NCBI RefSeq assembly: GCF_006345805.1 | Contig: NC_042997.1 | Span: forward strand, 142,662,001-142,726,000 | Direction: 5' to 3' | Length of the DNA: 64,000 nt | Origin: Octopus sinensis | Lineage: Eukaryota | Part shown: piece after piece, positions 27,576 through 40,250 of the stretch | How positions within the stretch are numbered: position 1 is the first letter of the stretch | How the letters are laid out: each line of letters begins with the position of its first letter | The notes under the pieces: model-generated | Told to the model about the DNA's origin: nothing | What the model saw: only the letters and a program-made list of their open reading frames with translations | Databases searched by the model: none | Program-made: the position numbers and the translations under genes

Positions 27576-28286
27576 TAAAAATTTATTTGATATCATCAAA
27601 TATATTTATTTAATATGTCTTCTTAACTGTAATGTAATTTATTTATTTATTGAAAAATGTAGAGTAACTTAGTTCATTATTTTATTAAAAGTTATATTAA
27701 ATTCGCTTATATTTTGAGAGCTTCTGTACTGCACTAACTTAAACTGACTGACTTTTATACCAGTAAATGTGTTTGTTTATGATTGAGAGATAGAAAACTT
27801 GATTGTAAATATTTCACAGCATAAAGAACCTACATGTTGAAAGTATGCTTCTTTCAGTATCAGTATTCTTTATCTATACACAACAGTTAAGTAGAGTAAT
27901 TTTGATCAACTTTTTAAATTGGTATTTATTCATTCAATGACTTGCATATTCTTAATATGTTCCAACAGATCCAATTGCAAACATACTAATTGTTGTTATG
28001 TTTTGTCACAGAACAGCTCATCCTTTACAACAACTATATGTTCATAACACACTTGATTCACTAGTGCAAGGGATTCTGGGATGCCTGTGTTTAAATTTGT
28101 CTTTGATTCTGCTGAAATGTTTTAAGAATAAATATGCAAGTCATTGTTTTGATTCCTTACTGCTTACCATGCAAATAATTTATTTATTAATTATTGTTTT
28201 CTAAAAGGCCCTCTGTTGTTGTGGTGATTCTTAAAGTATTATTAATATAATTCTTGTTAAGTTGTGTTTTCTGTCTTGCTATTTAG

Positions 28287-28603
28287 TTTAAAACATCTTA
28301 GTTTCAGACACAAAACACCAGAAAAGTCTCCGGCTAGTGATAAAAAAGAAAAAAGCAGTGATAAAGAGGGCAAAAGCCACAAGCACAAACATGGTCATCA
28401 TCATCATGAACATCATCATGGACATCATCACGGTCACCATCATGGTCACCATCATCGGCATCATGAGCATTTTCGAATGCAAGACTTGTTAATGCGCAGG
28501 CAGGCAGGAAGTGAAATTGATTTGGATGAGAAATTGCACAGAGTACCTACAGAGTCTGAGGAAGCATTAACATTACAGAAAGCTGATCTCGATCAGATGG
28601 CAA
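28287..28603 (+). CDS. SLC4A2: SLC4 anion exchanger exon with His-rich tract (SLKHLSFRHK...EEALTLQKADLDQMA)
   Basis: Acceptor ctatttAG (28285-86; in-frame alternatives start at 28302 and 28308), donor A|GTAAGT (28604). EEA.TL..ADLD.M matches the AE2/AE3 motif preceding SHRFED. Confidence 0.88.
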
Positions 28604-29275
28604 GTAAGTAAAGAATTCTACTACTTCGGTGTATTCCAAAGCTGGTATCAGGCTCAGATTATGGACAGTCTCACAATGGAAAATAACTACAAATATAGTT
28701 GCAAAAATAGTATTATGATCTTATGGTAGAATGAATTTGAAACATTGTTCAGCCTTAAAAAAAAAAAATTAAAAAGCATGGATGTAGAAAGTATATTAAC
28801 AACCTACTGTCTTTATTACTAGAATATAAATTTTCATTTATTGAATTTACATGACAAAAAAAAATACTAAAGTTTTCATAAATGCCATAATAATGATGCG
28901 AAGATAAAATGATTTATTCATGACTTTTATTGAAATTTTAGCTCTAACAGAATTAAATCATTAATTTAAATTCACTTTTTATGGTCAATTATCACTCTCC
29001 CTTCCCACCTCTGTAACTTCTAAAAGTTTCCATTATTGCTGCTAACATTTCTTTCCATGCAACATATCCAATACAATATATTAGATAGCACAATGCAGAG
29101 GGAACTGGTGAGTCTTGGCAAGCTAACACCTGGACACGGGGAGGGTACCTGGCTGATGATATTGCATATAACTGTGATAAAAGAAACATCAGTATTTTGC
29201 CAAATGCCAAAAAAATAATCTTTATATTTCTTAATGTGTTTATTCCAAACGTATGAAACAATATATAAAGTTTGC

Positions 29276-29309
<34 letters not shown>

Positions 29310-29311
<2 letters not shown>

Positions 29312-29575
29312 GAGACCCCCTTCGATCACGACACAGACCATGGGATTGCACCTAGAAAGTTACCCTCCCAGGCACAAGTCTGGGCAAGGTTGTTTATGGA
29401 AGACCAGCAGTCGCTCATGCATACCAGCCTCCCCTCTCTACGCCACCAGTGTTATCCAAGGGAAAGGCAAAGGCCAATACAGCTTGGCACCTGTGACGTT
29501 GCAACTCATTTCTACAGCTGAGTGAACAGGAGCAATGTGAAATAAAGTGTCTTGCTCAAGGACACAACACGCATT
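29310..29575 (-). mobile_element. SINE/retroposon fragment flanked by (TA)n
   Basis: GC-rich block sharing a body segment with 27350-27575. Confidence 0.55.
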
Positions 29576-29610
29576 AAATATATATATATTTTTTCAAAAA
29601 TGAGTTTAAA

Positions 29611-29876
29611 TAGGGCTGTGGAGTTGGAGTCAGAAACAATTAAAGGGTAGCTGGAGTCAGAGTCGGTAAAGCTATGCCAGCTCCAACTCATAATATCTTT
29701 ATTCTTTAATATAAACCAGTTATAACATATAGGCCTACTCAAGGTACAAGCATATGCATATGCTTTATGAGATATGTAGACAACAATCACTTAATTACAT
29801 AAAGAGGAGTTAGAGGTGCCAATAATAGAGGAGTAGGAGTCAGAGTCAAATTGTTTGTTTCGACTCCACAGGCCTA
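29611..29876. mobile_element. MITE (hAT-like)
   Basis: TIRs tagggctgtggagttg / cgactccacaggccta, flanking gtttaaa duplication, internal ggagtc repeats. Confidence 0.6.
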
Positions 29877-30313
29877 GTTTAAAAGGATATATAATCCTGG
29901 CAGTTACTACTGTGTTTCCTCTTAAATCAGTTTCAGATGCCAGCTAACCACAATAGTCCTTTAGAGATACTCAAGTTAACATTAAGTTGCTAGACTCTGG
30001 TAACTATTCTCACTTGGTAAATCTATAATTTTATTATGTGAATTGTGGTTTCATACAGTTTAGGATTTGGTGAGAGCTACAGATATCTACAATATATACA
30101 GATATCTGCAATATAAGATGTTAAGGGTTAAATATGATTACAATGAAGTTAAAATGCCAATAAGAAAATACTTTCTATAAAATGATGGTAATGATTTACT
30201 AATTTATTTTATTATTGCATGTATGCACAAAAGCTTTATGCCTGAGGTTGTTGTTATATTAATGATCATGTGTTCAACAGATTTTTTTCTAAATTCTATT
30301 TTAATTTAAATAG

Positions 30314-30462
30314 GCCATCGATGGGGTGATGTGAGAGGCATCAGGAGACACAAAATTGCTAAACATAGTGCAATTGCATCTGTTGTACACCTCAGCAAAA
30401 CAGAAAAGCTAAAGAAGAAAATTTTAAAGCCTAAGAAAAAGTTTGACCATAGTCCACACGAG
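30314..30462 (+). CDS. SLC4A2: SLC4 anion exchanger exon (S-HRWGDVRGIRRHKIAK...FDHSPHE)
   Basis: Acceptor aatAG (30312-13), donor GAG|GTGAGA (30463). Resembles AE2 SHRFEDVPGVRRHL and the PHE preceding VFVEL. Confidence 0.92.
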
Positions 30463-31504
30463 GTGAGATACATACATTATATGTCAGAAACAAAATTATC
30501 TTCTATTATGCATTATCTTGGCTAGACACTTTTTAAAGACATATATAAATATTTCTCTGTGTTTATTAAACTGAAAGTATTATTACAAGTTCACAAGTTT
30601 ACCATATTTGCCAAGTAAATAAACCATAAATCTGTAGACAACTTTCTAAGAAGAAATTCAAAGACACTGTTTATCTCATAGTGTGTTATTCTATAATTTA
30701 AAATGATATGATCTTATTAATACATATTTATGGGTGAAGATCAAAGGTACTATTAAAAAATATCATTATTTCTGTAATATTTAGGTTAATATTTATTTTT
30801 CAATCGATATCTATGTAACACACAATGACTGCTGTTGAAGGTTGAATAAATAATAAGTCACATGATGATCACTTGTTTAATAAAATGGAAAACAAATAAA
30901 TGAATAAAAAGGGTTTTAGTTGTGGTTACTTTGATTTAATTAGAATTCCAAATAAAAGAAAAATTCACAATCTGTGAGTTTACAGTTTCAAAGAAGTTTG
31001 GTTTAGAATTTTCAAAACATATACACACTAATTTTAATACACCTGTAAATGAAATTGTGACTCTTTGTCTCTCTCTGGGCATTACTGAGGAAGACATGAG
31101 ATCTTAACATTAGTTAAAAACATGGAATCAAGTGTTGTGTAATCCTTTCTTTTTTTCTAAGATAGTAGGGAATGTTTTAACATTTTAGCATTCAAACATA
31201 ATTTTTATTCATTTACATTGTTTTCAATTAATTGTGCATTATTATCTTGTAGCTTTGGGATTTTGAAGATGTTTATTCTTTAGAATGATGTTGTATGATA
31301 GGTGTGAGCTGGCTTAAACATAAACCAGGCAAAATATTTAGGCCAAATATGGTTGGTTTAAATACTGAAGGGTTAAGGTATATCTGGCTACTACTTCTAG
31401 CTGATCTTGCAACTACAAAGAGCAGAGTCCAGGAAGTGTTTTGGTGGCACCAAATTGCAAGCGCAAAGATCATGTAAGGATATTTGGTGCTGAGTAGAGA
31501 TGCA

Positions 31505-31838
31505 TTTCATCATCATCATCACCATTTAACATCTCTTGTCCATGCTGGCATGGGTTCAATAGTTTGACTGGGCTGGTATGCTGGAAGGCTGCGCCAGGCT
31601 CCAGTCTGATTTGGCATGGTTTTCTATGGCTGGATGCCCTTCCTAACACCAACCACTTGGATAGTATAATGGCTGCTTTTACGTGCCACCGGCACGGGTG
31701 CCATTCGTGTGCCATTCGTGTGCCACAACTGCAATTTTCCTTGGCTTGATAGGTCTTCTTCTCAAGCACATCATAATGCCAAAGGTCTTGGTCATTGCCT
31801 CCATAAGGCTCAACATCCAAAAGGAACTTGGCCACCTT
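31505..31838 (-). mobile_element. RTE-tail repeat (LINE 3' end or derived SINE)
   Basis: (cat)n tail plus ggatgcccttcctaac.ccaaccac block, the reverse complement of the 6970/39710 family. Confidence 0.75.
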
Positions 31839-32814
31839 GATTGTTTAGATCTTAAGTCTCAAGCTCATTTCTGTTTCTTCATGTAGATTTTTAAAAGACT
31901 TAGTGGGGTTTTTCCAAATTTGAATGCAGGGTATGGGAGTTCCCCACTTATTGGGTGTTGTGACTATGTTATGTTTCTCTAGTATTGAATGTTTGGGTGA
32001 TTCTTATGGAAGGAACCTGTAGGAGGGGAAGACAAAAGAAGTAGTGAAAGCTTATCTCAGGAGGCTAAACTTTATGTAGAATTGTCAGAAGTGGCAATAC
32101 ACTGTACAGGAGAAGAGAAGTGCAATCTATTTGTATATGGAAAAATGAACATAGAATAATTATGATAGTTGATAGTGGGTGGGACAAATTTGTCTGATAA
32201 CCTGTGATCTAGCCAATTGTAATTTTAGTTGAGAAAATTTGATCACTACTTAGCTGGTATAGTTGTATAGATAAAAGGTTTGGTGTATAACTACATGAGT
32301 TCAGTTTCAGCCCATGGTGTGGTATCATAGTGTCAAATTGACCATAACATTCTGAGTGAAATTTGGTTAATAGAAACTGAGAAAACCCATTGAAGGAACT
32401 GTTATGCTTTTGGATGAAAGATTTAATCCATCACTTTGTTTAAAACCAACAGACCACTTGCTCTTGGGTGATTTTAGTTGGATCCATTTTGTTGTAAGGG
32501 TATGTGAGCCAGGCCACCAGTCTGAGAGTAACATCCTCTCTTTCCCCAATTACTAGTTCCTGAAAATGGTCTTGGACTCTGCCCATCTTCATCTCCCTAA
32601 GCTGCCAAAACAAAATAAAACAGTAGCTCTTTTCAACTGGCAAAGAATTTCTGGCTCCTTCAGCTCATAATCCATCACTGACATTATCATGGTCCTTATT
32701 ATTGTCATAAAAATTAGTTGAGGGATGAGGTTGTTGTCTTCTTTTTGTGAGATTTGTTTCTTTTTTCTTTCTCACTTTTTGTAAATTTTCTATTTATTTG
32801 TTGGTATTGTGCAG

Positions 32815-33001
32815 CTCTTTGTAGAGCTTGATGAACTACATGTTGGAGACCAGAATGATTGGGACTGGGAATGGAGAGAAAAGGCTCGATGGATCAAATT
32901 TGAAGAAGATGTTGAAGAAGGAGCAGAGAGATGGGGCAAACCTCATGTAGCTTCATTGTCATTTCATAGCTTAATAGAACTGAGAAAAGGGCTCGAACAA
33001 G
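32815..33001 (+). CDS. SLC4A2: SLC4 anion exchanger exon, Band 3 cytoplasmic domain (LFVELDEL...[43 protein letters not shown])
   Basis: Hallmark SLC4 motifs [18 protein letters not shown] and [26 protein letters not shown] is the AE2/AE3-type variant. Acceptor gtgcAG, donor G|GTGAGT. Confidence 0.97.
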
Positions 33002-33325
33002 GTGAGTGTATTCTTCACACCATAAAATATATTCACTGTCTCAACTATTTTTATTATGCTTTTTCTCAGATTTTATTGTTTACTCAATATATTCATCTAA
33101 GTGCAGTACTACTCATTCAGGTGGTGTAAATGTTACCATTTAACCCCCTACACTTCACATTGTAACCCTACTACAGTCCCTTATCACCTATTTCTCATCC
33201 CTGATCCACTCCTGTTTCCTTCACTTCCCTTCCCCCAAACTAATAGTCACTTCATCCAACTCAATCCCTATAACTTGTCATTTCATACTTTTTTTACACT
33301 CTAGTGTATTTACCTACCCATTAAC

Positions 33326-33330
<5 letters not shown>

Positions 33331-33417
<87 letters not shown>
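33331..33417. repeat. (CT)n microsatellite
   Basis: Uninterrupted CT run of about 87 nt. Confidence 0.97.
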
Positions 33418-33421
<4 letters not shown>

Positions 33422-33733
33422 TCACCTTATACCTTTAGGGTATGCCCTCATCATTCTCCTTTTTCAGCTTGAGAAACTATGTAGTCACTTCTGCAAGATA
33501 CCTTTTCTTGTTGCTCTATCATACTTTCACCTCCTTCAGTACTGTACCCCACTCATGTAAGGGGTCTTGCAAGTGTTTGGTGTTCAACAAATACTTTTTA
33601 ACAAAACCAAGCATATTATTGAAATAAAGGCATGCTTAATTATTTTTTAATGAAAAGAAAACACTGATTGCTTTTTATTCAGCGGATATGATTCAGCACC
33701 GTCCACTGGATGGGGGGGGGGCGTTTTGCTCGT

Positions 33734-33784
<51 letters not shown>

Positions 33785-33789
33785 ATATT

Positions 33790-33990
33790 GTGTGTGTTTG
33801 TGTTGTCTCCCACCATTGCTTGACAACCGATGTTGATGTGTTTACATCCCTGTAACTTAGCAGTTTGGCAAAAGAGACCCATAGAATAAGTACTAGGGTT
33901 ACAAAGAATCAGTCCAGGTGTTGATTTCTTTGACGAAAGGCAATGCTCCAGCATGGCTGCAGTCAAATGACTGAAACAAATAAAAGAATA
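33790..33990 (+). mobile_element. 3' half of the abundant SINE family
   Basis: cttgacaaccgatg...gtaacttagcag...gaataagtactagg...gactgaaacaaataaaagaa. Confidence 0.7.
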
Positions 33991-34549
33991 TATAAAACAC
34001 AAACTAGGACTCAACAAATTCATCAATTAACACTTTTGTCATCATATTTCTGTTGAAATACACACTCATTATTTCAATTAATTTGAAAAGTAATGAATAA
34101 TGTATTAAAATAATTTGTCATTATTAATCTGATTTTTAGAACATAAATTAACATGAAATGTTAATGGGGAATTTGAATTTATATCTCTTTAAGACTGGAA
34201 GTTTGTACCATAGAACCAAGAGCAGTGTTCAGTGATTTAGTATGAAAAGTGTTAATCTCTCTAAATATGAGACCTTGTGGCAAAGCTAGAAATAATCATT
34301 TATGTATAAATATATATTTCCTGATTACACACTGCAAGATTTATCAACTAAATTATATATTAACCATGTTTAATCATTAGCATTTTGGAGGCAATTAACA
34401 TGCAATATGCAAAATTAATTGTTGACAAGTTAATTGTTAGAGAAAAGAAGTGCTCTTCTCCCCTGTAAATAGAACAATGTTAATCAGAAATATTGTATTA
34501 AAAGTGTTAATTTATCAATTGATTTTATTGGATCCCATTTTTTTGAACC

Positions 34550-34945
34550 ATTATGTAAACCTCCTCAAGGAATGTGAAGACGCAGGCTGGAAAGCGGAAC
34601 ATTTTCCAATCGAAGTCGGTTGTAGAGGGTTTGTTGGACACAGCGTGAGACAACTGTTTTTATCGTTAGGCCTAACTCATCATAAAGTCAATACCACCAT
34701 GACTGATATCCAATCTACAGTGGAGAAGGCTAGCCACTGGATTTGGTTAAAAAGAGACGATGAGCAATGGCTAGAAGGATATTGAGTTTAACTTCATAAC
34801 CAGCTGATCTAGCAAGCGGGGCCTCATATCAGTGAGGGGGGCCGGTGCGCATTGATGCCGTCGAGAGGTAGGCCCCGAAACGGCGTGCATTCTCTCCTGA
34901 TGATCCCATACACTTGCTGGCTTCCGGTATACAGAGCTTTTGACT
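34550..34945 (+). mobile_element. 5'-truncated non-LTR retrotransposon with restriction-like endonuclease (HERO-like) and 3' UTR
   Basis: Y..L..ECEDAGWKAEHFPIEVGCRGFVGHS...VEKASHWIWLKR matches the RLE C-terminus typical of HERO-clade elements. Stop at 34783-85, then a GC-rich structured UTR. Confidence 0.8.
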
Positions 34946-35129
34946 GGTAGCACTTGCATGTGCAAGTTGTTTGCATGACATAATCAATCCCCAACTTGAT
35001 TATTCAACATTCTGCATTTTTAAAGTTTTCTCTAACACCTTATACTTTGGTGTGAAGAGATACCTTGCTTCGGTTTACAATAGACTGGTTGCTGTGCAAA
35101 TTTTAGATTCATCATTTTTTAAACAAATA

Positions 35130-35641
35130 TACCTTAAGTCCTCGAGTATAATCCGCATTTTTTCCCCAAAATCCCTAGTGCATACTATATACGAAGTTAA
35201 AAATGAAAAATATTTTCTAAGCAATGTCCAAGTCTCTATTTGCTGTCTGGCAATGTTTATTCAGACGCATTTTGTGATGCCGGGCATGAAAATACCTTAA
35301 GCTAAGCCTGAAAGCAATGAAGTCATAAAAGAATCATCTATAACTTGCAGTAAGCAACATTTATTAAAATAAAAGTACTCAGAACACAGAATAACATGTA
35401 ACAAAAACAATTTGCAAATATATTTACATTCCCATATAACAGTTAAGAACATCACTATTATTGTATTACGCATGCATGGAAGTGTTTGTTCGACTAGGTG
35501 CTGCTGGCTTAATTACGCACAACTCGGGTTAGAGAAGGGGTGCGTATTATACACAAGGTTTAAGTTTTTCAGAGGTACAGCCCCCTAAAAATCCTCTGCG
35601 TATTATACTCAAGGGCAGACTATACTCGAAGATTTACGGTA
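35130..35641. mobile_element. pogo/Tc2-type MITE
   Basis: TA-flanked imperfect TIRs taccttaagtcctcgagtataatccgca and (reverse complement) taccgtaaatcttcgagtatagtctgcc. Confidence 0.65.
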
Positions 35642-36045
35642 GACATAGTTGTGTGGCTAAGTTCACTTTGCAATCACAAGGTTCCAGGTTCTGTCTCACT
35701 GTGTGACATCTTGTGCAAGTGTCTTCTGCTATAACTCCTAGTCAATCAATACCTTGTGAGTGAATTTGGTAGAGGGAAACTATGTAGAAGCCTGTCGTAA
35801 ATGTATGTGTGTATTTGTATGTTTGTGTATATAGGTTGATATTTCATTTGTCAGTGTGTGAGCAAAGTGGTGCTGATGTTGACATTCCTTGTTGACATTA
35901 TGACCAGTAGCTCTGCACTTTCAAAGCCATGGAATATGAAAATACTTTGTTTTGAAAAAAAATGTGAGTTAGCAACCAGAATAGCATCTAACCATAAAAT
36001 CCTGAGTTAAATAATTCTCCATCTAACTCATACTAGCATGGAAAA
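35642..36045 (+). mobile_element. Diverged tRNA-derived SINE
   Basis: Homologous to 18683-19060. Confidence 0.6.
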
Positions 36046-36383
36046 AATTTATTACTAATTGCTTATTTTACTTTTGCACATTTGATTTCATGAATGTGCA
36101 TTTCTTTTTTTTTTTTTTTTTGCAACTGAATATCATTTGAAGCAGTGACTTTACTATCACAAAATCAAATTTATATTGATATATTCAAGTTTTCTAGTAA
36201 AGGTGGAATTTTCTCATAAAATTTCATAATTTATCATTTTTATTAAATATTGAGTAATTTTCCAAATCAATAATCTGGCAATTTAAGTTTATTGCTTATA
36301 ATTTGTTGTGTTATTGATATGGAAAGGCCATAGGTATTATTAACATTGCATTTTTTTCTCATGAGAGACCTTTTTTCTTCCAG

Positions 36384-36519
36384 GTGTTTTTTTACTGGAT
36401 TTGGAAAGCACAGATTTAAAGTCAATAGCTCACAACATTGTTGAACAGATGGATATTTATGACCTTATTCAGCCAGAAGATAAGGGCAATGTTCTAAGAA
36501 CTTTATTGCTGAAACACAA
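36384..36519 (+). CDS. SLC4A2: SLC4 anion exchanger exon, absent from the ORF track (G-VFLLDLESTDLKSIAHNIVEQMDIYDLIQPEDKGNVLRTLLLKH); gene continues beyond the recognised exons
   Basis: Acceptor ttcttccAG (36382-83), donor AA|GTGAGC (36520). Matches AE2 GAVLLDL...VEQM...D.I..ED..NVLRALLLKH. Confidence 0.95.
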
Positions 36520-38755
36520 GTGAGCATTTTATTCTTTTGCACTTAAACAGTTATGAAATCTTCATTTAACATAAATATCTTCCTCCCTTTATTTAATGGT
36601 TAATTATTATCAAAGAAGTAATAAGTAAAAGAAAAAAAAATTCAATTTATTTCTCTTCATTCTTGTACAATCTTAAGAAATCCCATATGTTGTTTTTCAC
36701 TTCATTCTTTGAAATTTCCATTCAAAGTATTTTCATTTGCCGCTATAATTTTTCTGTTATTCTCCTCCCATATGCAAATTACTTTGACCTGTTAGCATAA
36801 CTAATTTACTTCAATTTGTTTTTTGTTTTTTTTTTCATTTTGTTTTTTTACCTATTTTTATTATTTACAAAAATACTATTTTGTTTCCCTTTAACTTTTG
36901 TATTATCTTATATTGTTCTTCTCAAACATGATGATTATTTCTGCTTTAAATATTTATTTATTTGTTTTATTTCAGTTTATTATATCAAGCCAATTACAGA
37001 GTAGATTAGTTTTTCTATGAAATTATATTAATATCATAAATGTTTCCGCTAATAATATTTTTGAACAACACTCTGTATCTTAATTAGTTCTATTAATGAT
37101 TATATTTTGCTGTTGTATTTTTTCACAAACAGAAATCATCAATTTAAGCTTTTGTTTAGTATTGACCAATAAAGTAAGTTGCGTGTCATTTTTAAGTTCA
37201 GTTCCTTTACTGTTTATTGAATGTAATTGGTTCCAGGAACAATGAGAAGAATTCCTCTCCATTTAAGCAATTTGGTCAAAATAATTCAGTGTTTATGTGA
37301 CATTTGTCCTAATTTAATTCAATATTCATTAATTTAGAGAAGAAATATTAGTGGAAATGGAGAACACTTTTCTCATATAAAAATCTTTGCATGAAAAACA
37401 AAAACAAATTGTAAATAATTGATTGACAGCTTGTGATTCAATTTTGTTTGCTGTTGCCTTAGTTTGCTGGTTGTTTAGACATTGGTGAATTAATGGGTGT
37501 TGCTCTCACACAAATACAGCTGAGTGCTTTGAAATAAACTAATCAGCTAACAATTTTATAATTTACATTCTTATTTATTTCTAGATTCTTTCACAGTCAT
37601 TTAATTTATATTGATTGGCTGCTGAGAGCTTGGCAAATACAACATCCATTTAGAAAAATATCCTAGATTAATCCAGCAAACACCCATAACTTTCCAATGT
37701 GTTATAAGCAAACATTGTTCCTCATGTGAAGATTACTGTTCCTCTGTTGAGTATATTTTATATGAGTTCTTTAAGTTTGTTCATTCATATAATTTTGTTT
37801 TTATTTATGAACTTTAATAACCTGCTCTTCCAGTTCTACAGAAAACATATCAAGGGTAGATATTATTTTTCCATTATTTATACATCCAAATTAGAAATGT
37901 TTAATTACATTTACAAACAAGTTTAATTCCCCTTAATCTAACAAATAACAGTAATTTATTACATAGTAAAACAATATTTTCTTGAAATTCCTAACATGGA
38001 ATTTTAAACTGAGAATTGTGGAAATAGTCATAGTTTTGTCTAAAGGCAACAAAATAAACAACTATAAAACTATTTGTTATTTTATTTTATTTTATTTTAT
38101 TTTTAGTTTCACAAAGCAATATGAAAAATATTTTGTTTACTCATTTATTCTTAGTCATCTAATCAATTACCATTTATTTTCAGATAAATATTTTGAAATA
38201 TTGTATATATATATATATATAATTTAATAGACACAGTATACTTATATATATATATGTATCAGTAAAATGTATAAAAACAACATACAATTTATACTATTTG
38301 TTCCTACACATGTTTTACCATTGTGGCTATTCACATCTTCTGAAAAGGGTGCTAATAGTAAGTCTGGCTGCAGATTCACAATAGTTCTTTAAGGGAATAT
38401 TTTATTACATTAAGTACACTGGAACTACTATATATATATTCTGTTTGTAGCACAGAAATCATAAAATTGCTCAGTACATGCTTGTGTTAGGAGTGTCATC
38501 CTATGTTTGTTTAACCAAGATTCTATATAATCTTCTATAGTCAACTGTAGGTATCTCCCAATAGGTTCAGTCAAGTAAAAGGCCAGTTGAAGTGAACCAT
38601 GATTCAGGTTTATATCACAAATGATAAATATATTACATATGTACAAACTGAAGCAATATAGGGTAGAATGAACATGACAACTTCTCTAGTGCTGGTGCCA
38701 TAATAAAATGCACCCAGTACACTCAATAACTGCATTCAGTTATCTAGGATGTTTG

Positions 38756-38932
38756 TATAAGTTGTAATAATGAAGTCAAACCAAATAGTTATATTTTAAA
38801 ATCATTTAATATGTAGGTCTTTCACAATGGATGCATGCATTTCCTATTATTTATATTACACAGACCTGAAACATACAAATTGAATGATTTCAAAATATCA
38901 CTATTTAGTTTGACTTCTTTATTACAACTTAT
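38756..38932. mobile_element. Hairpin MITE-like inverted repeat (~60-bp arms)
   Basis: tataagttgtaataatgaagtcaaaccaaatagttatattttaaaatcatt pairs with aatgatttcaaaatatcactatttagtttgacttctttattacaacttata. Confidence 0.75.
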
Positions 38933-39709
38933 ATGACTTGATGCCGGTACAAGTTAGCTGGTCCAGTCACTACTAATGTAGATACTCTAACTAGTTATTG
39001 GAATAGTTTATTACATTTGATTCAAGTAAAAAATCCTGGTTGTGTGCACTGTTTCTTAGTGTAACATGAAATATATATGATTTTGATAAATAGTTTACAT
39101 GGAACTCTCAATCTTTGAGCCACATATGTAACTTTACAGCTAACTAAATGTGCATATCACTGCATCAACCAGACTATTTCTTAGAGATTTTACATGTTTC
39201 AGTTCTTCTTGAAAAAATGAACCTTATCAAAAATATTTTTAAAAGTTAAGTGTAATAAAAAAGTTCATAATTGTTTCTTACTAGTCTCAACAGAATCCAC
39301 GTGGTCGTGTTTTGTGGGGAGTAAGCATTATGGCTGTCTTGTGTGTTGACTAGATTTGTTGGCTGTAATTGGGATATATATGTATATATATATATATATA
39401 TATATACATGTGTGTGTTTAGGTAAGTGCTTTAAATGAAACGCTAAAATTTTGAGTAACATGTGTAACTTTACTGTTATTAAAGAAATATATATTCCTTT
39501 GTCCATGCATTCAGCAAGTAGCTACGTGATCTTTTCTCCCTCCACTTTGAAGAGAGGTTATAGGCCACTGACCATTAGGGTCTAAAGCAACGCTGTTAAG
39601 CTAAGTGCTTTACAGACATGAAATCCAGGGTAACCCCATAGTCCAGCTATAACTATCTTTATCTAATTACTCTGTTGCTCTATAACTTAGAATGTGCTTC
39701 TCTTTCGGA

Positions 39710-40025
39710 TTTGGCACAGAAAAAGCACTATTCGAACATGGTCGTTGCCAGTGCTGCCTGACTGGCTCTTGTGCCAGTGGCACGTAAAAAGCACCATTCG
39801 AGCGTGGTTGATGCCAGTACTGCGTGACTGGCCCTCGTGCTGGTGGCACATAAAAAGCACCCAGTACACTCTCAGAGTGGTTAGCATTAGGAAAGGCATC
39901 CAGCAGTAGAAACTTTGCCAGATCGGAGTGGAGCCTGGTGCAGCCTTCTGACTTGCCAATCCTCAGTCAAATACCGTCCAACCCATGACAGCATGGAAAG
40001 CAGATGTTAAACGATGATAATGATT
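39710..40025 (+). mobile_element. RTE-tail repeat with tandem ~55-bp units
   Basis: Three ggcac.taaaaagcacc units followed by the RTE-type tail. Paralogous to 6970-7250. Confidence 0.8.
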
Positions 40026-40045
40026 ATATAATTATATATATATAA

Positions 40046-40210
40046 TCTCTCCTTCTTTCTCTCCTTGTTTTTTTCTGTGTATCTTTCTGTCGAAGAGCGT
40101 AGGCTCAAAACGTAAAAGACTTTTTCTATTCCTGAGCGTTATACTAATACATTTGTTTGTTTGTACTCCACCTGCCTTCGTCTTTTGTTTATTTTCATAA
40201 ACTTTCCCTT

Positions 40211-40211
<1 letters not shown>
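40046..40211 (+). mobile_element. Short PLE-terminus-like element in (TA)n, with a degenerate hammerhead at 40082-40119
   Basis: UCUUU-CUGUCGA-A-GAGC(GUAG)GCUC-AAAAC-GUA-AAAGA: perfect stems I and II, two core deviations. Flanked by TA repeats on both sides. Confidence 0.6.

Positions 40212-40250
<39 letters not shown>

Noticed and set aside
39710-39860. Regularly spaced ggcac.taaaaagcacc repeats resembling a CRISPR array
   Set aside because: Eukaryotic context, the spacers are homologous to each other, there are no cas genes, and the units belong to a dispersed retroposon family.
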